Source: Chiloscyllium plagiosum
Lineage: Eukaryota
Direction: 5' to 3'
Assembly (NCBI RefSeq): GCF_004010195.1
Contig: NC_057728.1
Coordinates: 45,293,419-45,357,418 of the forward strand
DNA length: 64,000 nt
Shown here in pieces: positions 1 to 13,000 of the stretch; the first letter of the stretch is position 1; each line of letters opens with the position of its first letter. The notes below the pieces were generated by a model. It was not told the DNA's origin. It worked only from the letters and a program-made list of their open reading frames with translations, and did no database searches. Both the position numbers and the translations under genes were made by a program.

Positions 1-1020
1 GGCAGAATAGTTCATTGTATTGAATATAAAAGTTAAGAATGCCTCAATAAAAGTTTAAATGTCTGTAAATGTAGAATCTGTATTAAATACGTAGACTAGT
101 GTTATAGAAAATCCTGATGTGCATACATCTGCATTATCTACATGGGAAGTTTAAACTTCTAATTGTTAGCCTTACTATGTCTGGATTGCTCTGCGATTCC
201 TACGGCAGTGGGATCAAATGGTCAGAACTGTGCTGGCTTGGTCTTTTTAGTAATTTAGGAACGGCTGTTTTGTATCAAAGTTATTTCTTATGGATGTTTT
301 TTCTTCCTCAGCATCTCAAAACTTGCAAGTTGTTATATGGCCCATTGGTTCTCTTTATACTGCAGAATGGTTGAATCAGCATGGAGATGGCATGAATAAG
401 AACTTTTAAACTTACCCTTTTGAAAGATTCTTGAATCGTGACGCTAGTTCATTAGTCCTCTGCAGAACTGTCATTCAGACTTCATATCATTAACTTAAGT
501 AAAAATTTGAAGTGATGGCGGGAATTGTTTTGAAACACTTATCCCTCAATACAGCTGACTTGGTTAGGAGAGCAAAATGCAGGCTTTATACTTGCACTTT
601 TATCCCAGATCGCCCTAAATTATTAGTGCAGAATTTGTGCCAGATAATTCCAGATTTTCTTCCCACAGTTTTTAAATGACAATGGAGAAAAATCATTGTG
701 TCTATTTGATTCCAAGTTTTTGGTAATTGGTACATTATGTGAATCTAAAACAGATCTAACTTTTCAGACTTAGTATGTAGGTACATCCTATTGCTATTAA
801 GGAGCGAGTTCCATGATCTTGAGTGACAGTGTAGTGTGTAACATGAGGGGAACAGGCAGGTGACAGTGATACCATGCTTTTGTTTCCCTTGATCTACTAG
901 GTGATAAACGTTGTAGATTTGGAAAATGCTGCTGAAGAAACCTTGGCGAGTTGCTGCAATATTTCTTGTAGATGGTACATTAACAGGGAAAAACAGGGTG
1001 GATAAAGATAAACTATCTCC

Positions 1021-1687
1021 TGTTGTGGTCTAGGCCAGACCACTCAAAATATTCTTAAACAGGCAGCCCACACTGTAACTTTGCTATTTGTTTTGGTAAA
1101 TTTACAGTGAAAATTACCCAGAGTAAGTTAGCTAGGCTGACTACCAGATTTTAAAACAGACAAAAATTTATTCACAAAATTACAAAATGAAACACAAAGA
1201 ACAGAATATAGAATACCCACAGAACTCAGTCTATCCAAACTAGACTTAGTTATGCTGTTCCAAAAATACACAACAGTCCTAATAAATAAAACCCTTTAAA
1301 CACAGAGTAAAAATGAAAAATAGACTTAAAGGTTGAAGTTAGAAAGGCAGAAGGAGAGAGAGTTTAGCAGCCTGTTTCCACACAGCTCACTGCTGAACTG
1401 ACTCAAACAAAACTTCAGCTTTTCGGACTGACCACTCCCCTTTCATTATGCAGGTCACTTCCACAACATGAAAGCTGTGGCCTAAAGTCTCATCTGTTTA
1501 TATATAAACGAAAAGGCCTCCAAATACCCTTTTCATCTCTGTACGAACCCAGCTGATTCGGAGCCTGGGTTGTTTTATGACTCATTCCCCCTACCCCTCC
1601 CCCCCCCCCCCCGCCCTGTAAAAAATCAAGGACACAGTATCCTTGAGAAAAGGAACAGCTTTTAGAAAAAGGACCAGCTTTGTGACA
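1021..1687 (-). mobile_element. Solo LTR inserted into a CR1 3' fragment
   Basis: Termini TGT...ACA flanked by the 4-bp direct repeat CTCC (1017-1020 and 1688-1691). TATA-like run near 1497 and AATAAA on the minus strand near 1170. Flanks rejoin as a CR1 3' end. Confidence 0.7.
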
Positions 1688-2010
1688 CTCCACTGTTTGA
1701 AAATTCTAAAACCACAAGGCATAGTCTAAGAACTAGGGCCAGACCATTCAAGAGGGATGCTAGAAAGTACACATACAAAGAGTTGTGGAGGTTTGGAACT
1801 CTCTTCCTCAAATGGTGGTCGATTTGATGCTCATTCAATTGTTAAGTTTAAGTCTAAGATAGACACTTTTTTATTAAGCAAGGATAGCAAAAGATATGGG
1901 TCGAAGGCTCACATATGGAGTTAGGCTACAGTTCCGTCATAATCTTATTGAATGGTGGAGCAGGCCTGAGGGGCTGAATGGCCTACTGCTCCTCTTATGT
2001 TCCTATGTTA
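1688..2010 (+). mobile_element. CR1 LINE 3' end fragment
   Basis: Typical CR1 3' motifs (tggaactctcttcc..., gaatggtggagcaggc...gggctgaatggcctactgctcct...tatgttcctatg tail). Confidence 0.7.
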
Positions 2011-2556
2011 CTCTCAGTGGCTGTGGTTTGTCTGTGGTGAAGGGAGTAAATGGTGAAGGTGTTGGATGGGATGTCAAGAAACCCAGTTACTTTGATGTGG
2101 TTAATGTTGAACTTCTGAACTGTTGTTGGAGCTACACTCATCCAGGGTGTGTGTATTCATTGCACTTTTCAACTGTTTTTTGTAGATTACAGTCAGGCTT
2201 TGAAGAATCGAGAAATTAGTTTCTCACTGCTCTTGTGGGCACTGTATGTAAATGGCTAGTCCATTTAATTTTTTGTTCATTAGCAAACCTAGGATATTGA
2301 TAATTCAGTGATGTAATGTAGTGAATGTCAAGGGGTAAGTGTTTTGATTCTGTCTAAACTGAAATGGGCATTGCCTGGCACTAAGCAACCGAAGTTGCAT
2401 GTGTAAAGAATTGCTTCACAATCTGACAAATTGGAAACCGAGCTGCAAACCTAGCAATCACCAATGAACATCCCTACTTCTCACCCTATGAATGTAGAAA
2501 TCTTATTGATATAGCAACTAAAGATGCTTCAGCTTGTAATATTAAACATCCTGAGA

Positions 2557-2830
2557 TGGGCTGTCTTGTAGCAGAGTCGGAGTGTCCCGACCATTGGATG
2601 GGAGGCCTGGGTTCAAGACCTACCTGTGCTAGAGGTATGTAATAACATCTCTGGGACAGATTGGTTCGGAAAAATAGGTTAATATCCTGAAGGAGGCCCT
2701 CTTGTGGCACAGTAGTAGAGTCCCTGTCCCTGAACTAAGAAGCCTGAGTTCAAGTCCTATCTGCTTCAGAGGTGTGTAATAACATCTGAGACAGAATGAT
2801 TAGGAAAAATAACTTTTTAAAATATTAAAT
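2557..2830 (+). mobile_element. Tandem pair of short tRNA-derived SINE units
   Basis: Two ~135-bp units with A-box-like (gtggcacagtagtag) and B-box-like (gggttcaag) motifs and the shared tail 'gtaataacatct'. A similar pair occurs at about 40405-40650. Confidence 0.6.
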
Positions 2831-3024
2831 ATCCTGAGAATCTCCTGTGAAGATATCTGAGCTGAGCTGTTTGGCTCCAACAAGTACACTGTCTTCCTTT
2901 TGTGGATCAGTGGTGCTGGAAGAGCACAGCAATTCAGGCAGCATCCGAGGACAGGCAAAATCGACGTTTCGGGCAAAAGCCCTTCATCAGGAATAAAGGC
3001 AGAGAGCCTGAAGCGTGGAGAGAG

Positions 3025-5143
3025 ATATTTGGGGCCGTGATGGTTAAAGTACAGTGGAAGGTATGTCTGGCCGTGATGGTTACTGTACAGTGGGGGATAT
3101 GTCGGGACCGTGACAGTTACTGTACAGTGGGAGGTATGTCGGGGAGTGATGGTTGCTGTACAGTGGGAAGTATGTCGGGCCGTGATGGTTACTGTACAGT
3201 GAGAGGTATTTCGGGCTGTGATGGTTACTGTACAGTGGGAAGTATGTATGGCCATGATGGTTACTGTACAGTGGGGGGGTAGGTCTGGACATGATGGTTA
3301 CTGTAAAGTGGGGGTATGTCAGGCCGTGATGGTTACTGTACAGTGTGAGGTTTGTCCGGCCATGGTGGTTACTGAACAGTGCGTGGTATGTCAGGCGGTG
3401 ATGGTTACTGTACAGTGGGAGGTATGTCTGGCCGAGATGGTTACTGTACATAATGAGGTATGTCGGTGTGTAACGGTTACCATACAGTGGGAGGTATGTC
3501 AGGCCGTGATGGTTACTATACGGTGCGAGGTATGTCGGGGCCGTGATGGTTACTGTACAGTGGGGGTTCTGTCGGTCCATGATGGCTACTGCACAATGGG
3601 AGGTATGTCGGGCCATGATGGTTACTGAACAGTGCGTGGTATGCCAGGCGGTGATGGTTACTGTACCGTGGGAGGTATGTCGGGCCGTGACGGTTACTGT
3701 ACAGTTGGTGGTATGTCGGGCCGTGACGGTTACTGTACAGTGTGAGGTATGTCGGGCCATGATGGTAACTGTACAGTGGGAGGTATGTCTGGCTCTGATT
3801 GTTACTGTACAGGGGGAGGTATGTCTGTCCGTGATGGTTACTGTGCAGTGGGAGGCATATCGGTGTGTGACGGTTACTGTACAGTGGGAGGTATGTCAGG
3901 CCGTGATGGTTACTGTACGGTGGGAGGTACGTCGGGGCCGTGATGGTTACTGTACAGTGGGAGTTATGTCGGTCCATGATGGCTACTGCATAATGGGAGG
4001 TATGTCGTGCCGTGATGGTTACTGTACAGTGTGTGGTATGTCAGGCGGTGATGGTAACTGTACAGTGGGAGGTATGTCCGGCCGTAATGGTTACAGTACA
4101 GTGGGAGGTATGACGGGCCGTGACGGTTACGGTACAGTTCGATGTATGTCGGTGTGTGACGGTTACTTTACATTGTGAAGTATGCTGGGCTATGATGTTT
4201 ACGGTACAGTGGGAGGTATGTCGTGCCGTGACGGTTACTGTACAGTGGGAGGTATGTCGGGCTGTGACGGTCTCTTTACATTGTGAAGTATGCTGGGCTG
4301 TGATGGTTACTGTAAGGTGGGAGGTATGTCGGGGCCGTGATGGTTACTGTACAGTGGGAGGTATGTCTGGCCGGGATGGTTACTGTACAGTGGGAGGCAT
4401 ATCGGTGTGTGACGGTTACTGTACAGTGGGAGGTGTGTCAGGCCGTGATGGTTACTGCACGGTGGGAGGTACGTCGGGGCCGTGATGGTTACTGTACTGT
4501 GGGAGTTATGTCGGTCCATGATCGCTACTGCATAATGGGATGTATGTCGTGCCGTGATGGTTACTGTACAGTGCGTGGTATGTCAGGCGGTGATTGTAAC
4601 TGTACAGTGGGAGGTATGTCCGGCCGTGATGGTTACTGTACAGTGGGAGGTATGTCGGGCCGTGACGGTTACTGTACAGTTCGATGTATGTCTGTGTGTG
4701 ACGGTTACTTTACATTGGGAAGTATGCTGGGCTGTGATGTTTACGGTCCAGTGGGAGGTATGTCGTGCCGTGACGGTTACTGTGCAGTGGGAGGTATGTC
4801 GGGCTGTGACGGTTTCTTTACATTGTGAAGTATGCTGGGCTGTGATGGTTACTGTAAAGTGGGAGGTATCTCGGTCCGTGATTGCTACTGCATAATGGGA
4901 GGTATGTCGGGCCGTGATGGTTACTGTACAATGCGTGGTATGCCAGGCGGTGATGGTTACTGTACAGTGGGAGGTATGTCCGGCCGTGATGGTTACTGTA
5001 CAGTGGGAGGTATGTCAGGCCGTGACGGTTACTGTACAGTTCGATGTATGTCTGTGTGTGACGGTTACTTTACATTGGGAAGTATGCTGGGCTGTGATGT
5101 TTACGGTCCAGTGGGAGGTATGTCGTGCCGTGACGGTTACTGT
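3025..5143. repeat. 36-bp minisatellite/satellite (about 58 visible units), running into the gap
   Basis: Consensus GGCCGTGATGGTTACTGTACAGTGGGAGGTATGTCG; the ORF track shows matching 12-aa periodicity. Confidence 0.97.
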
Positions 5144-6076
5144 NNNNNNNNNNNNNNNNNNNNNNNNNNNNNNNNNNNNNNNNNNNNNNNNNNNNNNNNN
5201 NNNNNNNNNNNNNNNNNNNNNNNNNNNNNNNNNNNNNNNNNNNNNNNNNNNNNNNNNNNNNNNNNNNNNNNNNNNNNNNNNNNNNNNNNNNNNNNNNNNN
5301 NNNNNNNNNNNNNNNNNNNNNNNNNNNNNNNNNNNNNNNNNNNNNNNNNNNNNNNNNNNNNNNNNNNNNNNNNNNNNNNNNNNNNNNNNNNNNNNNNNNN
5401 NNNNNNNNNNNNNNNNNNNNNNNNNNNNNNNNNNNNNNNNNNNNNNNNNNNNNNNNNNNNNNNNNNNNNNNNNNNNNNNNNNNNNNNNNNNNNNNNNNNN
5501 NNNNNNNNNNNNNNNNNNNNNNNNNNNNNNNNNNNNNNNNNNNNNNNNNNNNNNNNNNNNNNNNNNNNNNNNNNNNNNNNNNNNNNNNNNNNNNNNNNNN
5601 NNNNNNNNNNNNNNNNNNNNNNNNNNNNNNNNNNNNNNNNNNNNNNNNNNNNNNNNNNNNNNNNNNNNNNNNNNNNNNNNNNNNNNNNNNNNNNNNNNNN
5701 NNNNNNNNNNNNNNNNNNNNNNNNNNNNNNNNNNNNNNNNNNNNNNNNNNNNNNNNNNNNNNNNNNNNNNNNNNNNNNNNNNNNNNNNNNNNNNNNNNNN
5801 NNNNNNNNNNNNNNNNNNNNNNNNNNNNNNNNNNNNNNNNNNNNNNNNNNNNNNNNNNNNNNNNNNNNNNNNNNNNNNNNNNNNNNNNNNNNNNNNNNNN
5901 NNNNNNNNNNNNNNNNNNNNNNNNNNNNNNNNNNNNNNNNNNNNNNNNNNNNNNNNNNNNNNNNNNNNNNNNNNNNNNNNNNNNNNNNNNNNNNNNNNNN
6001 NNNNNNNNNNNNNNNNNNNNNNNNNNNNNNNNNNNNNNNNNNNNNNNNNNNNNNNNNNNNNNNNNNNNNNNNNNNN
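5144..6076. other. Assembly gap (933 N)
   Basis: Run of N. Confidence 1.
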
Positions 6077-7724
6077 GCCTTTATTCCTGATGAAGGGCTT
6101 TTGCCCGAAACGTCGATTTTGCCTGTCCTCGGATGCTGCCTGAATTGCTGTGCTCTTCCAGCACCACTGATCCAGAATCTGGTTTCCAGCATCTGCAGTC
6201 ATTGTTTTTACCTTGTCTTCCTTTTGTGCTAGGTATGATTCCAGTCAGCTGGCTACCCCTAATCCCATCAACTTCAATTTCAAGATACCTTCTCATTCCC
6301 TCACTCAGTTAAATGCTGTGTTAGTATCAAGGCTGATCACTCTCACACAAACTTTGAAATCCAACTGTTGTTCATGTTTGACCAAAGTTATAATTAGGTT
6401 TAGAGTTGAGTGGTCTAAATGGAACCAAAACTGAGCTTGGTGAGGAGGGTTTGCTTAGCCAAGTGCAACTTGATAACCCAGTTGACAATATTTTCCACCA
6501 CTTTACTAATGGACAGATCTGAAAAAAAGTCACTGGACTAAAAATATAATCTCTGTTTTCTCTCCACTGATACTACCAGACCTGCTGAGTTTCTTCAGCA
6601 ATTTCTGTTTTTGTCTAAGACTTTTAAAATTGAAGCATTTTCACATGGGGAAGATCAATGAGCATGGGAATGATACGTAAATGAGATTTGAAGGTAAGAC
6701 ATGGGCAACAGAGTTTTGGACGAGCAACACTTTATACAGGTGGAATACAGACAGCTGCCTAAGAGAGGATTAGAACAATCAAGACTATTCATAACAGAAG
6801 CAGAAATGCGAATCTGAGCAGAAATTGAACTAAGGTAGGTCATGGTTAAGTGATGTTACATGGGTGGAAGTGGTCAGTTTTAGTGATTGTTTGGGTCAAA
6901 CACAACATCAAGGTTATCATCAGTTTTGTTCAATTTTAAAACAATTGCTGAGATGGAAAGAGCAAGGACCAAAGACAGTTAAGCCACTACAATAGTTAGT
7001 TGCAACAAAGTTCAGTTCAGCCGCTCTCTATTATCAGACAAGTAGTGTCACAAATTAAAGACAGTTGATAGATGCATCGAGCTTGTGAGACCATGCCAAT
7101 TGGCATCGACATATATGTGTAATGAGATGCTGTGTTTTAGGACAGTATAACTGAGAGAAGCATGTGAGTGAGAAATAGAAGGGGGGACAAGATGAGATCT
7201 CTGGGGGAACTTTAAAGGTGGCAGAATGACAATGGGAAGAGAAGCCATTGCAGTGACTCTTTGGCCATGCAAGATAATAATGGAACCTAACTAGGGTGTG
7301 GTTCCACCCACGTGGATGATAGAGGAAGTTGATATAGCAGCTGAGTTAAGGCGATAACTTATAGTTGAAGTCATAAAGAATGTCTTTTCTGACTTTAGCA
7401 AGGGCATTATCAGAACTGTGGCTAGGCTGGAAACTTGATGGCAGTAGTTTATCATAATGTTGTTTTATTTATTTGTTAATGGAGCATGGGTGTCACTGGC
7501 TAGGTCATAATTTAATGACCATTCTTAAATGCCCTTAAGGTGGTATTAAGCTGCCTTGTTGAATTGCTCCAGGCGAGGCATAGAGGTAGTAATCATGTCA
7601 CTGGACGAGTAATGTAGATCCTTCGACTATCGTTCTGTGGAGCTAGGTTTGCATGAAAGTAAAGCTGTTGATGAAATCTGAATTGAAATCAATAAAAGCG
7701 ACTGCAAAAAAAAAATCTGAAGGT

Positions 7725-9720
7725 ATAAGACCATCAGATTTAAAAGCAGAATTAAGTCAGTTGGCCCATTGAATGTACTCTGCCATTTGATCATGGCAGC
7801 TATGTTTCTCGCCAGTCTTGTGCCTTGTCCTGTAAGCTTTGCTCCTGTTACTAGTCAAGAACCTAGCAATCTCAGTCTTAAATACACTCAGTGACTTGGA
7901 CTCCCTAACCTTCTGCAGCAATGAGTTCCACAGATTCACCACCACCTGGCTGAAGAAATTCTTCCTCATCTCACTTTAGATTACATTACAATGTGTAAAC
8001 ATTACAGTGTGGAAACAGGCCCTTCGGCCCAACAAGTCCACACCCACCCGCCGAAGCGCAACCCACTCATACCCCTACATTTACCCAGTACCTAACACTA
8101 CGGGCAATTTAGCATGGCCAATTCACCTGACCTGCACATCTTTGGATTGTGGGAGGAAACTGGAGCACAAGGAGGAAACCCACGCAGACACGGGGAGAAT
8201 GTGCAAACTCCACACAGTCAGTCGCCTGAGGTGGGAATTGAACCCGGGTCTCAGGCGCTGTGAGGCAGCAGTGCTAACCACTGTGCCACCGTGCCGCCCA
8301 CTTCTATATGGTCATCTCTTTACTCGGAGGCTGTGCCCTTGAGTCCTAGTCTGTCTTACTAGTGGAAGCATCTTCTTCACATTCACTCTATCCAGGCCTC
8401 TCAGTATTCTGTAAGTTTCAATGAAATCCCTCCGCATCCTTGTAAACTTCATTGAGTGCAGACCCAGAGTCCTTAACCACTCTTCATATAACAAGCCTTT
8501 TGTTCCCAGGATTATTCATATGAACCTACTTTGGGCTCCCTCTAGGGTTAACACATCTTTCCTTCGATTATGGGCTCAAAACTGCTCACAGTATTCTAAA
8601 TGTGGTCTGACCAGTGCCTTCTACAGCCTTACAGTCCTAGCCTTCTCAAAATGAATGCTAACATTGTATTTGTCATCCTAACTACTAACTGAACCTGCAT
8701 ATTAAGCTTAAGAGAATCCTGAACTCCCAAGTCCCATTGTTCTTCAGATTTCTGAAACATTTTCCCGTTTAGAAAATAGTCTATGCCTCTATTCTTCCTA
8801 CCAAAGAGCATTACCTCACACTTTCCTATTTTGTATTCCATCTGCCACTTCTTTGTCCACTCTCCTAGCCTGCTCAAGTCCTTCTCCAGCCTCTCCCTTT
8901 CTCAACAGTACCTGTTTCTTCACCTATCTTTGTTGCTGAGTTTACTGATGACACAATGTGCTCAGTAGCTTTGTCCAGAACATTAGCGTACAATGTGAAT
9001 AGTTGTGGTCCAAGCACTGATCACTGCAGAACTCCACAAGTCACTGGCTGCCATCCTGAAAATGATCCCTTTATCCCTACACTCCTCTTTGCAACAGTCA
9101 GCCAATATTCGATCCATGCCAATAACTTGTGGCTAATACAATAGGCTTTGAGCTTCTTCAGCAGTCTCATGTCAAAGGCCTTCTGGAAATCCAAATAAAT
9201 CACACACATTGGCTCTCCTTTGACTAATTAACTACCTCCTCAAAGAATTCTAACAGATTTGTCAAGCATGACCTCCCCCTGACTGAGCCTTGCTGATTAA
9301 GCCCTATTTTACCTTGCACTTCCAAATACTCTGCAATCTCATCCTTAATAATGGACTCTAAAATCTTACCAATTGCACAAAATCAGACCAACCAGCTTAT
9401 AATTTCATGTCATCTTCCTCCCTCCCTTCTTAAACACGAATGTTACCTTAGCATTTCTAGTCCTCTGGGACCCTCCCTGACTCCAATGATTCCTGAAGGA
9501 TCACCACCAATGACTGTACAGCACCTCAGCTATCTCCTTCAGAACTCCATCCAGGGAGATTTATTCACCTTCAGATCTTTCAGCTTCCCTAGCACCTTCT
9601 TCTTAGCGATGGCCACTACACTCACACCTGCGCCTGACTCTTGAAGTTCTGGTGTGCTACTGGTGTCTTTCACCATGAAAACTGATGCAAGCTATTAAGC
9701 TCTTCTGCCATTTCTTAGTT
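7725..9720 (-). mobile_element. Degenerate CR1 LINE (RT and 3' UTR) interrupted by an HE1-type SINE
   Basis: Minus-strand ORF fragments VIYLDFQKAFD, WQMEYKIGKCEVM and FFSQVVVNLWNSL are typical of CR1 RT. Confidence 0.88.
7976..8299 (-). mobile_element. HE1-type (V-SINE) tRNA-derived SINE
   Basis: Minus strand begins GGGCGGCACGGTGGCACAGTGGTTAGCACTGCTGCCTCACAGCGCC, with B-box GGTTCAATTCC, the V-domain gtgtggagtttgcacattctccccgtg, and a CR1-like tail. Confidence 0.9.
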
Positions 9721-9864
9721 CCCCATCAGCAACGGGGCGCACTTTATAACCGTGTTTTCCTTAGTGGTGAGCTCAAACTCCCAAGACCCCAAAGTTCTGA
9801 CCTAGTTCACAGGGAGAGGAAGGTGTGAGGTGACAGTGCATTGGGACCACAAGGATATTGTGTT

Positions 9865-10082
9865 ACCATAGTTTTACCACACCATAGGGACTGCTCTCTC
9901 ATTAGAAAGAAGCAACTGGTGGTGATTTAAACTGAGGGCCGCCAGACCTCAGGTGAGGGAAGAGGTCGAGAAGGAGAGTCCTTCATGGTAACCTCAATCC
10001 AGTGATGGGAATTGATCCCACGCTGTTGACAATACACTGCTCTGCAAACCAACAATCCAACCAATTGAGCTAAACCGATTCC
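9865..10082 (-). mobile_element. tRNA-derived SINE (second copy on + at about 16110-16310)
   Basis: Minus strand has a tRNA-like head (ggtttagctcaattggttgg...gggatcaattccc) and shares the 'ctcag.ttaaa.caccaccagt' body with 16110-16310. Confidence 0.6.
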
Positions 10083-13000
10083 GAACCACAAGGGTAGAAA
10101 GCCTGATTAAAGTTTCTGTAATTAAAACTATTGTCTTTAGATTCTAATAGTGTTTAATCTGGCTAATACTGTATAGTTGATTGTATTAAGTTTCCAGTTT
10201 ATTGCATTTACCTGTATTTCTTGTGTTTTACTTACCTTTTGTAAATAGGCACAGATTCTTTTTTTCTTCCCTCAAACATCTGTCTACTGCCTTCTTTATT
10301 TCACATTTCCTAAATATGTCCAATGCCCAGAACGACTGATCTGGGGGTGATTCGAGCTACTTAAAAATCAGAAAATAACTGATTGCAAACCAGAACCGTA
10401 TAAGCCCCATCACCTGAGAGTGATGTCCTAGGCTCAACCATCTTTACTTGTTTTGCCAATGACCTTCCTTCCATCATAAGGTCAGAAATTGGGATGTTTA
10501 TTGTTGATTCACACAATGTTTAACACCACTTGTAATTGTTCAGATGCGAAAGTATTTCCATGCCTGTTTGCACCAACACATGTACAACAAGGAGGCTTGG
10601 GTTGAAAAGCAGCAAGTAGCGTTTGCATCACACAAATGACAGACAATGATCTTCTCCAATATGATTCAAGAAGCTTGACATTATCCCCAAGACAAAGCAG
10701 CAAGCTTGATGATATCCATCTACTACCTTCACCATTTAGTCTCTTCACACCAATATATAGTGGCAGCACAGTTTACAAGATGGTTCTGTAAGATGCACTG
10801 CAGCAATGCATCCCAAGGACTGCAGCGGTTCAAGAACATAGCTCACTACCACCATCTTCATCAGACAATTAGAATTGGGCCAAAAATGCTGGACTAGCCA
10901 GCAGTACTACATGCCATGAAACTTTACATGTGTGGAAATGTTGAGAAAGATTTTCCAGGATAGAGGTTATGATAGTAGCTTTGAAAAGAGGAGTTAAGGA
11001 AAACTTAGACTGGAAAATTAAATTTACATAAAACATTGTAGGTTCTCTTTGACAAAGTCAACACAGCATAAAGCTTTGACATAATGTTTAAGTATGAATC
11101 AGTAAATTACTGGCCATTACAATGTTGCGGAATACTGTCCCACTATCTAGTTAAACATTATCAATCTAATAATTAGTTCTAAACTTTCTATTGTGAAGAA
11201 GGGTCACTGAATCCAGAATTCTCTCCACAGATGCTGCCAGACATACTGAATTTTTCAAGCAATTTCTGTTTTTGTTAGTACTAACTTGGTTTCCAGATTC
11301 ATTTAGTCATGTTACTTCCACAACAGTATAAGGAAAATAAGTTGGTCCGAGAAATTCATGGAACACTATGAATAATATTGAATTGGAACATTATTATGTG
11401 TTACTTCTTACTGTGGTATTTAACTTGATAACCTTGCAAGTTGCATATGATGCTGAGGATCTCACATGCATACACAGATAAAGAATAGAAAACAATTAGA
11501 GTTGCATTGGCCACTCATGCTTATTCAACAGACAGAAATGAGAACTTTATTTGGCGATTGTGTGACACAAAGTTCTATTTGTACACACCTGAACGAATAG
11601 TTGCTGCGTATGAGTTGACATTCAGTTGATTAAATTGCATAATGAGATACTGAAATCTGAAATGTTTTGCTGTTTGTTGAACAGTGTATGAAATGGTTTG
11701 ACAATTGTTTACTTCATCTTCTTAGTGTGTCCTTCTGAAAGTAAAGCATGTGAAATGTACATTTTAATAGCAAAATGTCACTAATGCAGGACATAATATT
11801 TCCTGGTATTTTTCATTTTAGGGAGTGTTAAGTTGGCATGGAGATGAAAGTACCATACATGTGGGAACTGCTATCATTCAGGGTCATGGAATAGGGTTAT
11901 TTAAAGTTCATAATCAGAACTCATTATGAGCATTTGGCTTAAATGTGCAATCAACAGTACAACCCACAGATCACTGCTGTCATAGGGCAACCTGACTGAA
12001 CATAGTTCTTGGATAAATTAATCATGACTATTTTATTGCTGCTTGTTACATATAGCAGGAACCTTCCACTTCTTACCACATGCAGGGAATTTTTGAATAC
12101 CAATGTGATAGGAACCAGGTAGCACTGACGCATAGATTTATAAACTGATTGCATTTCTGTTGAGAATAGAGTTACATTGAACATATTAGTAAATACTTTA
12201 ATTTATATAAGTTTTTTTAGTTTCCTCATTAGGAAAGGAGGGAGCTCAAATCACCAAAGGTAATCCTTGTTTAATGGTCATTTAAATACACTATATGGTT
12301 ATAATGTTGAGTGCCATCATTTTCTGAAAGTGCATGCACAATTTAATTCATTACTTAATATAATTCATTTAATATAATTCATTACTTAATTCTCATAATT
12401 GATGTGATTACATCTAAGCTTTAACCTGGAATTTATAGTGGTGATAAAGAAACTGTTCGCATCATGTGAACCTGACAGTAATTCCTGGAGTTTGTCTATG
12501 CATAGAAATCCAAAAGTTACTGTCAAACTTTCCCATGGTGTGCACTATTGAAGTCCCCCTAGAAAATAATCAATCAGAAATCATTAAACTGAAAATAACT
12601 TTCATTCTCAGCCTTCATGTTAGAACCATTGTGAAAGTTATGTATTATTGAATGAAGCATTGCTCTGTTTTTGTAACAACACACTAAATTCAGAATGACT
12701 ACTAAACAGCAAGACTGGTTTTGCTATAGTAATTATTTGTTTGCTGAATGTTGTTTCTCATAAGTGATAAGGAAAATCTATTAATTATTTTGCTATTTAA
12801 AATTTTATCTTCCATTTTACTCTTATGTGCATTTTTCTATTTTACTCCACTGAATATAAACACCTAAAGTTAAAAGTGAACGATTCAATAGTTGTCTGTG
12901 AGAATGTATCAATATGTTTGGCTGCTTCCCTATTACATCACTGCTGTTGGAACCTGATGATCGAACCCCTCAATTTCACATCAGAAACTGCTTTCTTGAT

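Larger units (their letters stand above)
2905..6213. mobile_element. Penelope-like insertion with inverted pLTR arms enclosing a satellite and an assembly gap
   Basis: 2903-3000 is the exact reverse complement of 6077-6174. The 15-bp direct repeat TGTCTTCCTTTTGTG lies at 2890-2904 and 6214-6228. Confidence 0.75.

Noticed and set aside
3025..5143. CRISPR-like array or a repetitive Cys/Val-rich protein
   Set aside because: The 36-bp units are contiguous with no unique spacers, the context is eukaryotic, and ORFs occur in all frames with frameshifts from 37-bp units.
4832..6232. Long ORFs of 350-466 aa
   Set aside because: Artefacts of translating through the N gap.
8220..8299. tRNA gene
   Set aside because: It is the tRNA-derived head of an HE1-type SINE, followed by SINE body; the same applies to the other A/B-box hits.
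11822..11930. Possible extra LRRIQ1 exon after a ttttcattttag acceptor-like site
   Set aside because: No LRR-like translation or convincing in-phase donor; the preceding exon probably lies upstream of the window.
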